Below are positions 63,997 through 64,000 of a stretch of DNA of 64,000 nucleotides, in pieces. The DNA is taken from sequence record PP359570; one strand, written 5' to 3'. Each line of letters opens with the position of its first letter. Positions within the stretch are counted from its first letter, which is position 1. Source of the DNA: Escherichia phage ALITA. The position numbers were made by a program, and so were the translations under genes. The notes under the pieces were generated by a model. The model was given only the letters and a program-made list of their open reading frames with translations. It was not told the DNA's origin and ran no database searches.

Positions 63997-64000
63997 TATC

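Noticed and set aside
1-64000. tRNA genes (common in T4-like and jumbo phages)
   Set aside because: Scanning by eye for T-loop GTTCGAATC-like motifs flanked by acceptor-stem complementarity found only hits inside coding regions; none supported. A tRNA scan by program was not possible, so a tRNA could have been missed.

Overview
The window looks like a segment of a large, AT-rich virulent dsDNA phage genome (T4-superfamily-like: T4-type lysozyme, anaerobic RNR NrdD/NrdG, PhoH, glutaredoxin, many small early-type ORFs). Gene blocks: minus strand 1-18.8 kb (TerC-like membrane protein, a HAD / PRTase-like / macro-domain operon, P-loop ATPase, NrdG, NrdD, YqeY-domain protein, minimal class II aaRS-like protein, intein-containing UvrD-like helicase, then small ORFs); plus strand 18.9-24.3 kb (small ORFs, a second P-loop ATPase paralog, Zn-ribbon repeat protein, NADAR protein); plus strand 37-47.6 kb (small early-type ORFs with paralog families, one broken by a frameshift at an A10 run); minus strand 47.7-64 kb (Sir2-like protein, Dcm-type C5 methyltransferase, Ser/Thr phosphatase, serine recombinase, small Dam-type methyltransferase, HslV-like peptidase, PhoH, lysozyme, glutaredoxin, rmlBACD dTDP-rhamnose operon). 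The most striking part is a compositionally distinct island at about 24.3-37.0 kb: roughly 30 small plus-strand ORFs of unknown function, about 16 of them preceded by a stereotyped cassette (perfect TTGACA -35, 16-17 nt spacer, TAnnnT -10, then a conserved GC-rich stem-loop at the 5' end of the transcript), with its own terminator family and flanked by two ~1.5 kb non-coding regions carrying iterons, a G-depleted repeat tract and near-consensus Fur-box-like palindromes. Everything is read by eye from the sequence and ORF track; no searches were run, so all homology calls are motif-level. Coordinates taken from the ORF track are reliable; hand-placed elements (terminators, promoters, hairpins, ORFs under 60 aa) are approximate to a few nt.
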